Shown piece after piece: positions 22,701 through 36,098 of a DNA stretch of 64,000 bases. Position 1 is the stretch's first letter, and each line of letters opens with the position of its first letter. The stretch is from contig CM120646.1 in the NCBI GenBank assembly GCA_051362555.1, forward strand, positions 8,680,001 through 8,744,000, written 5' to 3'. The notes below the pieces were generated by a model, which saw only the letters and a list, made by a program, of their open reading frames with translations, ran no database searches and had not been told where the DNA came from. Made by a program: the position numbers and the translations under genes. The stretch comes from Lingula anatina. Lineage: Eukaryota; Animalia; Brachiopoda.

Positions 22701-25700
22701 GGATAGTCATAGTTCCCGGTTTGCTTTTAACATAAAGAGAAACAGAAAGGTTTGATAGAAAAGGATTATGGTGATTAACAGCCTACATTTTATTATAATA
22801 GGCTAATTGTTTTATTCTATTAGTGTTTGTAGGAGGAGGAAAGAGAGGACTACAAATAGAAGTAGTATTTTATCATTTGTTATTTCTTTATTCATTAATT
22901 CGGTCATATACTTAGCAATCCTTCTTAACCCATCTTTTGCCTTGCAAATTATGTTAATGGAACTATTTAAAAACGACATAAAAAGTTCATTTGGGCAGAA
23001 ATTGTGCTGCTACCAATAACTCGTTATTATGAAGTCCTACAAAAACTAAAATTAATAAATTAAGAAATATTTGAAAATGAATAATTGACTAATAAATAAG
23101 TATTTTCATTGAATTAAAATCAAAATAAAAAGTGTGGAAAAGCATTGAACCATATGCGACCAGTGTTAAGTATTCAAATAGTTTATTTTGAACAAAAGTC
23201 ATTGAAATATAAGATATCTCCCCCGATGCTCTCCAAGGCGGAGTTGAGTCCAGTCGTGCAGATGCAGCGTGCAAGTGACATGCTCAGCATCACAAGTGCG
23301 CAATGCCACGTGGTCCCAGTCTCCATTTGCTTAACTGCCATGTCCCAGCAAGAATTATCGGAAACTATTATTTTTCTGCCTCAGCGGGTAGGAAATGAGT
23401 TTTCAACCAAAACACGGGCCTTAAGACAGGTGGCTGGCATTGAGAGGGAAAGAACGGGGTTAAACTGGGAATGGAACGTTTTGTGCCTTGAAAAAAATAT
23501 AAGGGGAGACGAGACGCCGCAGGTTATTATTAAATAATTATTTAAAGAAACTGCAAATTTTAAAGAATGGAATATGTAATGAGAAAAAGTGGGTTACATT
23601 GAAAAAAATATTGAATACATTGTGGGGTGCATACTTTTTTACATATAATTTGTATTGACCATTAAAATGTGTACAAGTCATTTTACAGGCTCTCTACTCT
23701 AATCATAACATCTTTATAACAACTATACAAATATTTCTCATTTTTTAAATAATGTATCTTAATAAAAGGAAAGAGGATCTATTAAGCGAGGAGGCAGAAT
23801 GTGTTCCAATGTTTGTCCTTGTGCAATTGAGAGAGAGAGAGAGAGGGTGAAAGATTGCTAAATTTTTAATTTACATGTACAACAAATAAAAACAAAATCT
23901 GCCTAGTCATCCACCGCCAGGGCACATAAAGAAGCCTTAACAAGAGAGAATGAATGAAGAGAGGTCTTAACAGAAGAGACAAGTGGGTCTTAACATGCTA
24001 AATGAGCATTGTATAAATGCGTCATTTTGATATTTTGGGCCTGCGAAGATTGAATCTAAAAAAAACTGATGAATTAATATATTATTTTTATAAATGGGCC
24101 AGACATTTTTTCACGTCTGGCAGTAAAATAAACTTGTTTGTAAATGAAAAGCCAAAACTCAAACTTGTCTGTATGAAAATAACTGCGAGTAAGTTAAAGA
24201 AAATGCTTTTATTTTATACTTACGTAAATGATTTCAAGGAAGGGGTACTTGCTGGCCAAATATTGTTTTGCAATCTCAGTATAGTGGTCGCTGTGGAACC
24301 AATACATCTTTTTAGAAAAATCAAATATGTTATCTATGCCAATAGATCAATTAAAACGTTTTCTAATTTCCTGATCAGAATGCAATAACCGTCATATCAT
24401 TTTTCCAACAATAGGTTGCACTGTACGTCAAGTTTGCAAAACTAGGTATGTCGATCATATGGTGAGGGGCAACAATACTCAACACCACAACTATCTAACT
24501 TTAGTCATACAAGTGTTATATACTCTAAACTGAATTTCTAATTATCTAGAAAAATGTGATTCAAAGACGGTTAAAGGCAAGAAGAATTTATATCATATTA
24601 GAAGAGTGATTGAAACCATCATATTTACTTGCTACAGTACTATCAGAAAGGAAATTTGCTACCATAAAAAGTAAATGATAGATAAAGATAACACCGCCCA
24701 TGGTTGTCAATACTGTGTGGCCACTATTACCTGGATTTTCCTTTCCACACACACATCAGACTGCGTTTTGTGCAGCACGACACACCGCTGTTACCCTAGT
24801 GCCGTTTAAAACATTACCAATTTTAGATACACAATTACGAGCGAAAAAATTCTCCCCAACAAAGAACAAACAAAAATAGTTCATGTCAGATCCAACTTTG
24901 TGTGAAGGGTCTTAACAGCGTCTCCTGTTATATGGTTAAACTTGTGTCGCCTGAGCAAATTACTGTTGAAATTAGGATCTATTCCGGAATGAGGTTTGCC
25001 AATCTCAGTTTTCAGCGTTGGGGTCTAAGGCGGCTTTTGGCGGCACATTTACGCGGTGGGGGCCAGCAGAAGCTGATGAGGCTATCTAGATTACTTTCAC
25101 AAATCACAGGGAACTTGTTTGCTTTGTACTGATAGCTTTCAACTATCGGCGCTCTCACTTAACTTCGGTTAATTCTCGCTTGTCTGCCGCTCAGCTTTAA
25201 TTTGTTTTTGGTTGAATGAACGTCGCTTTTGATTAAGGTCCTCCCTGGCAAGACGGGGCGATCTTCTGTGAAATAGAGGGTTATCTGTGGGCTAGGGTAC
25301 GAATTTAGCGGGCCTTTTCACTCCCATGTTTACTCCAAAAAATGTTTAACGTAAATCTGTTATTTAACCACACGGTCATGAACAGATGATGATTTATTGT
25401 TTTCAGTTTCGCTTATTTGAGGAGGGAAAGTTAAAGCATCTGAAAGAGCATAATGTTTTAAACAATAGCTGTTGGAGACGGGTCTTTGTGGCACTTGAGA
25501 CATTAATAACAAGAAGTGTGCAGAGATTGACGTTAATTATCATTCTAAATATGAAACAATCATATTGGCATATGAATATCAGAAAGCATATTTGGTCTTT
25601 TGATCCATTTTATTTATAAACCCAACATAAAATATTCGTTTTAAAATTCAGTTGCAAATTTCGATATGTGCTTAGATAGAAGAGCTGTCATTCTGCTTTG

Positions 25701-27249
25701 TATATTTGTATAAATACATGTGTTGAAAAGGTCAAATCTAGACTGGACTCTTACATGCAAGAAAACTTGTAGAAAACGAGGATGATGTCTGGATTGCATT
25801 AGTATATTTATAAAAGATGTATGTGGACTAGGATCAAACCAAATGCTGCAGAATTTTTGCCAAGTATTTAACATCACTGGTTGGATAAGAGGCGTTTTAA
25901 TAGCTCAACCCTTCCATTCTCTTGGGCAATGTGTTCCCAAATTACTCTGGCGACTTCAAACAGTGCTCGTGCTGAACGATCATTGTAAAATTCCTGCTAT
26001 CAGACCATTTTGTCTTTGACTCATCTACAGCCGCAGCAGTACTATTTGACCTATCATTGAATAATGTTATCTGCGATTGGACATAGTTGCTGTGTAGGAA
26101 AACAGAGCGGTAGGGCTCCGCTGAGTCTTGAATGGCTTGTCTGTAGCACCTGCTTTCATGTGCCAAGTCAGTTGCTCCGTCAGGGGGTCGATAATTAGGT
26201 ATCTATCAGAGAAAAAAAAAACGAACAGAAGTTCAGATTATGATTTTCAAAAATAAATACTAGATTGCTGATAAAGCATCCCTGTGTCGCCTTGTACAAA
26301 ACTCCAAAAATGCAAGACTATTTCAATGTTAAGCTGTTTATTGAAGGAAAATTACTTTATTCTTATAACATAACACAGCTGGTGAAATTTTTCTCTGTCC
26401 AAAAATTCTGGAATTAAAGATTTAGAGTTTCGCCTGTAATCTATCAGAAAAAAATAGTATTAAGATGTCTTTAGTGCACTTGCATACTGCTTTTAATTAA
26501 TCTAACCAACAATTTCAAAATTCAACATGCTGTTTAAAAAGCTGCGCATTTTTTTTTACTTTTTGTGTAAAATCAAGTAAATATGAACACTACTTTAAAT
26601 CGAGGCAGAGAAGTGCAACGAGCTTGACATGGCAGACTCTCTCCCATAGTTTGACGACCATAACGTTTGGATATTGTCCTCTTGAGATAAGGTCAATATA
26701 CCAGGATCATAACGTGGTATTTTTTGTTGTGGCGAACACAATGGTGACCTGAACGTTCTGTTTCAAAAATTAAAAATAATTACTTCTGTATAATTGTTCA
26801 GATGTAATACGGCTTAATGGTTTCTGGCTGAAGGTGCACGGAAATGCCATTACTATTTACTTCAAATAATAGATATACCTAGCGAAACACAGTGATAAAG
26901 TTTTAAAATTTCCTGATGATATTTTGGACTGTGGCAATTGAAAGTCAGTTCGACATCCGTATTGTAACAGAAGGAGCACAGGCGCTTTTCTGTTGGAATT
27001 TGCAGAAAGACATGTAAACCGCGCTATTATCAGATTGTGGACACTTTCTCGTAATGCAAGCAAAGCTGATACTCCTTAGTAATATGACAAATGTGTTAGG
27101 TAACATTCTTTTCCGTGTGCTACTTTGACCATTCTTAATCCTAATCATACAAGCATATTTTACAATTTACAACACATTCCTATCGGGTGGGGCCGTTTAC
27201 GATCCCATGACATTATTAATCAACGTGATTATAAGTCAACGTGATGCGT

Positions 27250-27317
<68 letters not shown>

Positions 27318-27375
27318 ACTCTGATTATAAACGTTTATAATCAGAGTCTTTTTTTTGTATTTTGTTTTGTTTGCG

Positions 27376-27412
27376 CCCCTGACGAGGCCTCCGGGCCGAA
27401 ACAGCTGTAGGG
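27376..27412 (+). ncRNA. Minimal type I hammerhead ribozyme (Penelope-like element type)
   Basis: CCC-CUGACGA-GGCC(uccg)GGCC-GAAA-CAGCUG-UA-GGG: intact core, 4-bp stem II, palindromic stem III, GUA cleavage triplet. Confidence 0.75.
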
Positions 27413-27422
27413 ACTTATGTAA

Positions 27423-29077
27423 AAGCATTGGTCAAAAAGGTTGTCCCACCCCCATTTCCATGTGCTTTTATTTACAAATGATAACCTTACAGCCGTAAAT
27501 TGTTAGAAATAGTGCTTTTTATTACAGATACAGTGTTTAACGTGATAAATGGTTTAAAAAAAATACAAAATAGTGGTAAAAATATACATATTTTATACCA
27601 TTTAGTAAAATTTATAAGAGGTACCCCCTCAAATCGACTGTTTCACAGTGACTTCTACAGATGTAAAGAAATGTCTATAAAATTGAAAAGACGCCATCAA
27701 ATGTCACCAAATTCACGCACAATTAGCATTAGGGTGTGCTTGTTAAAGGTCACGTGCCTAACAGCGTGTGCGTCTACTGTGTACTGCAATTATCTCCTGT
27801 AGATGGCGCGACAAGACTTCAACATGGGTAACAATTCTGTTTTGTGGGATATTGTCCCATTATTCTTAAGCAAGTTGGGGGGTTGGTCCGCGTTTTTATG
27901 GGGTTGGTTCTCCTTTGCATTGCACACTCCAATTCATGTCACAGTTGATTAGTAAGTTTAATATCAGGGCTCAAAGATGGTGGTTCCATCCTTAGACCAT
28001 CGTGTTTCTTCAACAAACACTTGCCTGGCGAGAGGTGTGAGCAAGTGTGCAGTCATGACAAAGCCTGAAGTTAACCCCAAAGTCAGTTCTTGAAGATGGA
28101 ATGAGATATCAGCTGAGAATGCTACGTTCAGTGATCCCACAGGCACCTGAACCTGGCCATCCATCACTGGAAGGAAGTCGATTTTGATGCAGAATCAAAT
28201 TATTTCTTGTATCCCATCGATGGTCAAAGAGGGTCCATAGACATGTTAAAAAATGCCTCTCGGAAGGGTATGTGTAGGGTAATATCGCCTGAGGTGTTAG
28301 ATCAATCCGCATTTGGAGAACATTCCAAGCCCATGGTATTAGTATATTGTTCCTTTTGGAACAAAACGTAACTGGGGCATTTTAATGTAACATTCTCAAC
28401 AGAAATCTCACTCCATTTGCAAGAGGTGACTTCAGGGATGCTACTGGCTTCTTTGTGACAACGCACTTGCTTACAGCTCTCGACTGGGAAACGATTTGTT
28501 GCAGAAACACAGATGGGACAACCGTCTTTGAGTCTTGATATTAATCCTACTGAGCACCTGTGGCATAAATTGGAATGTCCATTGCAGAGGAGAACCAATT
28601 CCTAAATAATCTTGACCAATTTCGCCACGCTCTTTAGGATGAATGGGACAATATCCCACAAAACAGAATTGTTACCCGTGTTGAAGACTTGTCGCGCCAT
28701 CTACAGGAGATAATTGCAGTACGCAGTAGACGCACACGCTGTTAGGCACGTGACCTTTAACAAGCACACCCTAATGCTAATTGTGTGTGAATTTGGTGAC
28801 ATTTAATGGCGTCTTTTCAATTTTATAGACATTTCTTTACATCTGTAGAAGTCACAGTGAAACAGTCGATTTGAGGGGGTACCTCTTATAAATTTTACTA
28901 AATGGTATAAAATATGCATATTTTTACCACTATTTTGTATTTTTAAACCATCAATCACGTTAGACACTGTATCCGTAATAAAAAGCACTATTTCTAACAA
29001 TTTACGGCTGTAAGGTTATCATTTGTAAATAAAAGTACATGGAAATGGGGGTGGGACAACCTTTTTGACCAATGCTG
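27423..29077 (+). mobile_element. Tc1-family transposon, about 1.65 kb, with about 440-bp TIRs and a pseudogenised transposase
   Basis: About 27423-27860 is the reverse complement of about 28640-29077 (terminus CAGCATTGGTCAAAAAGG, TA on the right flank). Residual motifs WKEVDFDAESNYFLYPIDG (28168) and DINPTEHLWHKLE (28537) match the Tc1 DD34E domain. Confidence 0.9.
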
Positions 29078-29221
29078 TATAATGGAGAGAACAGATTAAC
29101 CTTGTTCGTTTTTTGTCTTTCTATACTAGCTCCCCATGGTCCGTCACCATGGGTAGAGCACTTTTCCATAGTGTATCAACTATTCTCCGTGATAAAGAAA
29201 TAAAGAATAGCAGTTATTTCG

Positions 29222-29252
29222 CCCCGACCGGTTTCATTGCATCTTCAGGGGG
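29222..29252 (-). ncRNA. Degenerate minimal hammerhead (stem II largely lost) next to (TA)n 29257-29323
   Basis: Minus strand reads CCC-CUGAAGA-ugcaau-GAAA-CCGG-UC-GGG. Confidence 0.5.
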
Positions 29253-29254
29253 TT

Positions 29255-29326
<72 letters not shown>

Positions 29327-31879
29327 CTACTTCTGATTATCTAAATAAATCTAGCACTGCGCATCCTACCAGACATTCTAAGTGGATAAAAACGGAAACA
29401 ATACTGAAATATTTTTTCAAAAATAAATTGAATAAAAAATAAATAAATAAGAAGCCGGAAGAAGAGGGCAGATACCATATGATGACAGTTACCCTAATTT
29501 TCCTTCCCTAAATTTGCATTCCATTTAAACATTTAAAACTAAAGTATCAGAAACAGATAAGAATACAGATAAGGTACTGTGTTGCGTGGCAAAGGCGTAC
29601 CTTAAAAGGCTGTGTCACTGATATAGTTTTTATGACAGACGCACATTTTCAATACAGTCAGTCTCAGAAAATAATAGACCACCTTGTTACTGGTTAAAGC
29701 TTTAATGACTTTAGATGCAGGATTCATATATGTAAACTAGTGTTCATGGTGAAGTGGAAAAACTGGCCACTGAGTATACCCTTTGTACCGGCAATATATA
29801 TATATATTTTTTACATTCATTTTTTCATATTCACGGCACATGCACCTGGTTAACTATATATAGTAACTTATAGTAACTGGCTCGCGCTGCCAGTAATTAC
29901 GCCGCGGGACATTCAGGGCACAGACCGTGATCACATTATATACCGCGAATAGAAAATAGATTTTTAGAAAATAGACTTTCCATGTGAACGAAGCCTAAGT
30001 GTTGTCTTGATCAGATCTATAATAACCCTTTGAAAATCCCATGTTTTTGATCCTATTTGTAAGAATTAGCCACTTTATCTTCTAGGATTTTTTTTCATTC
30101 GGCCCATTAGATTCTCAGACCTTGCTGGCCTGTGAGTGGAAAAGTATCTGGCACAGACTGGTATCAGCAAGTCCGATAAAAAAGAATATAATTATTTCTA
30201 TTTGCACGGTTGAAAAAAATGCCAACACAGACTGCATAAAACTGGAAAACTATAGCAACTTAATCATTCTTATGACTTCATTAATACTGCTTATCTGTAA
30301 AATTTTGTTTTTGGTTTTGTTCTTCTATTGATATAATAAAATGGTTTTACTCACAGATGCTACTATTATGATGCTAGAGTATAGAGTTGACTTAAAATAT
30401 ATTTTAAGTTAATATAGTAAATAATAGTTTGAAATTCTATATTCTCATCTTTATTTGTTTCACTTTAAAGAGCTCAGTTAATACTAAAATTTCTGACATA
30501 TTTTGTACATAGATATATTTATGAATGAATAAAAAATATTCTTAATGTTTAGCACTGTGCACTTGTTTACCGACAAATATGAACAGTGTTAGTATGTGTC
30601 AAAATAATCCTGAAAAAAAGGGAGATTTCCAAGATAAAGAAATTTATAACGAGTATTCAGTAAACTGACATGTCGTGGCATTGCCTCAACCTTTGATTGA
30701 AATTTTACTTTAAGGCATTATAATATTAAAATTATACCGAGTGAGAGAAAAAATACTTTAAGAAATGTAAAACCAGTCACAAAGCTTAGGCACTGTCACA
30801 GTGAATGTGTTTATGGGACCCAAGGGCAGGAGGATCCAAACGTTTATGTATTAATATTATGTCCTTTGGCAGTAAGGACAGACGTTCACTTGAATGTCAT
30901 TTTCACAAACCACAGTTGGGACGTTTTCTTTTGACTTCTCCTTGGTGATTTTTCACTGGGTTGTGCAAAAAAAAAAAGAAAAAAAAGCCATCTATCACCG
31001 ACTCAAAAAAACTCATGGCGACCATCCTCAGTCACCACCTTATAATCGCTTTCTATGATATCGTTCCCTTCCAGCACATCGTCCAAACATTTACCTGTGA
31101 AAAAAATCGTAGGCATACAGCGCCGCTTTGACACTACTGATCTCGAATTCTAACGCGAAATAACGCATATGAAATTAATCTCCAAGCTGAGGAGAGCGAT
31201 GCAGACGAAACCTTGCCAACCTTGAGACAGGAGGCCCCCCGTAGCTAGCTCCGCCCACCGTAACAGACATCGGACAATAGAGAGGCTTGCTGTAATCTCC
31301 TTCTGTTATAACTCCTTGATTCGCTTAAAGGTTAGGTTGGTTACTAAAGCAACAAAAAGGGACTTTGTGCTCTAAATTTTTTTTTCATTGCAATTATATA
31401 TAGATAAGTATTTCACAAGCTGAAAAAGAAACTATTTTGCCAAATATAGGCCTTAATAACGTACTGATATTTTTGTCTTGCATTTATTTACATGCCAAAA
31501 ATAAAACACTACCCTCCCAATACGTGCTCAATACAAGCTTCCACTTTATATGGTATCACAATTTACAATCCGTATTTTCCTTATACATTTATCAAGATTT
31601 AAAAATAGCAACATAAAACTTGCGCTGTAGAGCGTTCTTTACGGTAAACCTTCCTCGACAGATTCATAATGTCTTCTTAGGTTATTTCCATTTTTATGCT
31701 AATAATGCATTCGATAAGCCCCAAATGAAAATTTTATACTCATCCTTAGAAGAAAGAGGAGGCGTTTTCGTGCGAAATGGGATTGAGAAATTATAAAAAA
31801 AGCACATTTTCTGGAAATGTTTTTTTAGCTCCAAGCGAAGTGACGCATTTAATGGTGCGTATTGAAGAAATATACATTT

Positions 31880-32266
31880 AAACTAGAAAAGCACTCCGAG
31901 AGCGCAGACCTCCTCCAAGGCAGCAATTTTTTATTATTATTGACTATTGATTGATTATTGATCTGGATCACCGCCAAAAACTAATCACTTCTAAGTCAAC
32001 CCATTTCTGACCTACCCTGAAAATTTCATCAAAATCGGTCCATAACATTCGGAGTTATGTTGATGATTGATTTTTGGTTATTGATTATTGATTGACTTTT
32101 GATCCGGATCACCACCAAAAACTAATCACTTCTAAGTTAACCCATTTCCGACCTACCCTGAAAATTTCATCAAAATCGGTCCCTAACTTTTTGAGTTATG
32201 TTGATGACAAACAAACAAACAGACAGACAAACAGGGGTGAAAACATAACCTTCTTAGCGGAGGTAA
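31880..32266 (-). mobile_element. Non-autonomous Helentron/HINE (DINE-1-like architecture)
   Basis: Subterminal inverted repeats ACCTCCTCCAAG / CTTAGCGGAGGT, hairpin GCACTC-cga-GAGCGC, CTAGTTT end, (ACAA/ACAG)n microsatellite and an internal tandem core duplication. Confidence 0.8.
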
Positions 32267-35062
32267 AAAGCGCGTTCAGGGGAGCAAATGTCGGTGTTTT
32301 AGCGTCAAACAGTATCTTTGAGTTCAAAACTATGAATTAAATTGAAATATAAATGATTGATTTGAAAATGATTTTTCGGGATATGTACCTGACCTTACCA
32401 CTGTCCCTCTGCCAAAGAGAAACATTTTGCTCGCTCCACTACTCTTGTTTCCTTACGTTATCAAGCCTTTCTGATCTTCACTCTATCTTTTGGTTATTTC
32501 TACCAACTACCCATATGATAAAAACTGTTAAATGGAAATGAAAAAGGGCGCTTAGCCTTCTTGTTCTAATGTATCAGTCAGCAAAAGCTCTAACATTCCA
32601 GATTTTTTACAACAAAACATTAACAGATTGACTGCGTTACGTTTTCCCATAGCATCGAATTTACGCTTTTGGGTTATGTTGTTTACCAACAAGATATGCG
32701 TTGTTTCCGCTGTTATAATAATGACTTCTTCTGTAAAAACACGTTTTACTCTTCAGTTTTCTTTTCTCTGAAGCCATTAACGAATTGACACTATTAGAAC
32801 GCCGTGAAATGTTGTTTAAACTTCACACCCGTGTAAGGTACACCACGCCCCCTGCCGGGCAGTTGGTGCCAGCTACCGCCGGTTTTATAGGGTATCAGCA
32901 CTGATGATTTGCTAACGATAATGTACTGGTCCTTAGGCAACATGTCATTAAAAGTTTGTTCTGATTCGCTTTTTGATTACTCTCATTACTGTATTTTAAC
33001 TTCCATTATAATCGAATCTAATGTTTACCTGTTTATCGTACAGCTGTTAGTTTTGTTTTTGTGTATGTTTTCACTATAAATCACTTATTGCGATTTGGTA
33101 ATGTATTTCAGATCAACTATGTGTATATTTAGTCTGCTTATGTTTGGTTGCGTGACCTTAGAAATTAATATAGTTTACCATTAATATTCTGCAGAACCAT
33201 TCACACAGAGCTCCATAGCAACTGTGAACTGCACACTTCTTTCCTGTGATACAGAAATGTCTAGAATGTACTGGTATAGAACGAACCCCTGCATCCCGTG
33301 GCCTAGTATCACTACGTTCCAGCCGTGCTGGCCCCATGCGCTTGTCGGCGGAAAACAGCTATTTATTTTAAGCTTGTAATTAGTTTATTTTAGAATTAAT
33401 AGGGAAAGCAATACTGCTAAGTAGAAAAATGTCAATGCCTCCTGAAACTAGTTAATTCTAAGATTACCTGTAATTTTGGATTCACTGCGGGCGAGCACTT
33501 GCTTCTTCTGAACTGTACCCCTCGTAGCATTGTTATGGTTCCGGGCTGTTCGAAAAATAAAAGGGCCAGGAATCGGACGTTAGTTTCCGGGAGGTATAAA
33601 GGTTTTTTACCCTGGTCGTAAAGAAACTAACAAGGCCAAACAGTACCATGGGGTGCCTTTGGAAATATCTTAAGTTCCTGTTTATGGCAAAGGAAAGTCA
33701 TCCTAACAGAAACTTAGCACAATTTTAACGTGATCACTAAGATTGGGCTTATGCGCAATTTTGATCAGTTTTCTCTGCGAGCAGTCCATTTAGATGATAA
33801 ACCCACATGCGTGTTTAGCCACATTGTAATTCAGGATTGCCTTCTAACCGTAAACTGCTCATTTCAACTTACAGTGAAAAGTGACGTGTTTATACAACAC
33901 AAGGGTTTTATCGCCATCTCGGCACAAACAGCCACCTGCGGGCTTTAACTGCTGGTGTACAGATAACGCTGCGTAAGTGTTTTACTGTTTGTCTTACAAT
34001 AATTCTACATGGACCACGGAAATAACAGTACAGCAGGAGTTCCAATTTGATGGAAGAACTTTATTGGGTTCGTAATGATTCGATGAACACTAAAATTCAT
34101 TTGGTATTCTACGTTCTTTTTTCTAGTAAGGTTGGACGATAATAAGTGACTTTGGCACGGAAAAGGACATTGGAATCGGATTCGTTTGGTTGCAACTGAG
34201 TGATTGTACCTTTATTTGCCAACACGAAATAAATTGCTCGGTCGAGTGAAGTTCAGGTTCCCAAGAAATGGCATATGGCTAGTAGGTAAGTCAACCAGGG
34301 AAATCGGTTCCAGATAAACGAACTGTTTAAAACTCTTTTTTTGGTTTTTAATCAGGTAAAAAAATGAAGTCAAGACCTGCATAATAACGCCTTAATAACC
34401 CAATCAGGTGGTTTGAAAGCGGGCGAACTTATTAATAACAATAGTAGGATGGTCAGTAGTTTCCGAGGCGTAAGGTTAGATCACAGCTTAAACAGTTAAG
34501 AACAATACCGTGACTGTGATATTCCAGGGTGCTGCGTGAAGGCATGTGCACTCATTTGACCTCTGCTGTACAAGAATCTGGGTTCCGAAACCAAGATTCA
34601 TTTCCTGAGAACTCAGGCTCGCAGCACTGATGACATTGGAGTAAGGACTACTACTGTGTAAAGTCTGTGCTCGAAACAAGCTTCGTTTATTCACATTACT
34701 GACAGAAGTTCTTAGTGATTTAGAAACATGCATAGAATTTCGGCTGATATGCCTGAATATTAACAATATCTAATAGGAACTGCCCTTTTACAGTGACAAC
34801 TAATATACAACGAAAACGTGACATTATTGGACTACTGGTGACGACTTGGACATTAAAAGGATTTAACTTCCCATTTTTAAAAGAAAAATAGTCTTTCAAG
34901 CTAAACATCTGGAATACAGCATTTTCCTCACACTTAATGTAAATGTGGGGAAGAAAAGTGGGATACACTACGAATACATAATTTTTTGAAGATTGAAGAA
35001 AAACTAGACAAGCAAAGGGAATATAATCGAGAGCAAGAACCGAAAGTCACCATTCACATATC

Positions 35063-36067
35063 ATGGCCGTCCATTGCTCGAGCTCTGTGGCAACGCCTCC
35101 AAGGAAGCCGTCTTTCCTGATCCAAGACATCTTGTCGACGAGTCCACAGAGACCCCCAAGGACTAGTACTCGTGCCCAGGCACCGCCGCCAATCTTGAAC
35201 CCTCCTCCGCCGGTCAAACCACTAGAAGCTCCTTTCTTTCATCCCTCGTACTGCGGGCCGCCCCTTGGTCTGGTTCTGGCGTCCGCCGCACCCAGCTGTG
35301 CCTCTTTCTGTTATTCACCAGGTAACAATATTGTCATGTTACATTTACCGTTCATTAGCATGTGATATTTATTCTTCTTTCTATTTAAATTCGAGTTATC
35401 TTATTTATTTTATTTCATTAAATTTTATTTCACCTTATTTAATTTTATTTCACCTTATTTAATTTTATTTTATGCAATTTTAGAAAATCAGCTTATTTTA
35501 TTTTACGAGTGAATAATATTGGTTATATTGTAATTGTAAGCCGATTGCATTATTTTTATTGAAATTTGTTAGATAATAATTTTTCTCTTTGCATAAGTAA
35601 ATTCTAAATCCAGTTAAACAAAATATATTCTCTCAAAATTATTGCCGAAGTTCTCTAGATGATTCAGAAGATCGAAATCCATTTAATGTAGGCCAATGTA
35701 GCTATAAAAATTACTTGAATAAATCATACAGCGTATTATTGGTTTGAGCGACGAAGTCATTCTTGCAACAAAAAGAAATGTATGCCTGTTTCTGTCAGTT
35801 CTTCGCGTGAGGCAATTTGTACAGTATTAACATTATCGATAATCATAATGTGTTTGATATATAATTCACAACAAAAAAGTTGTTTATTTGAACATAAATT
35901 GTCGAAAAATGAAAAAAGAATTAATGAGAATAATGAGTTATCCCAAACTGATAAATATAATCATACCACCAATCTGTGAAATTGTAAACTATTGTAGAAT
36001 CCAGTAAATACATTGTAGTCGAACATTTTATTTTTGCTCGTGCTTATTTACAATATATTCACCTTCT

Positions 36068-36098
<31 letters not shown>

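Noticed and set aside
27500-29000. Twin ORFs MLEIVLFITDTV on opposite strands
   Set aside because: They are translations of the two Tc1 TIRs, not genes.
31188-31215. CTGAGGA...GAAAC as a hammerhead; also CTGATGA at about 4709 and about 25073
   Set aside because: There is no convincing stem II or stem I pairing, or no GAAA box.
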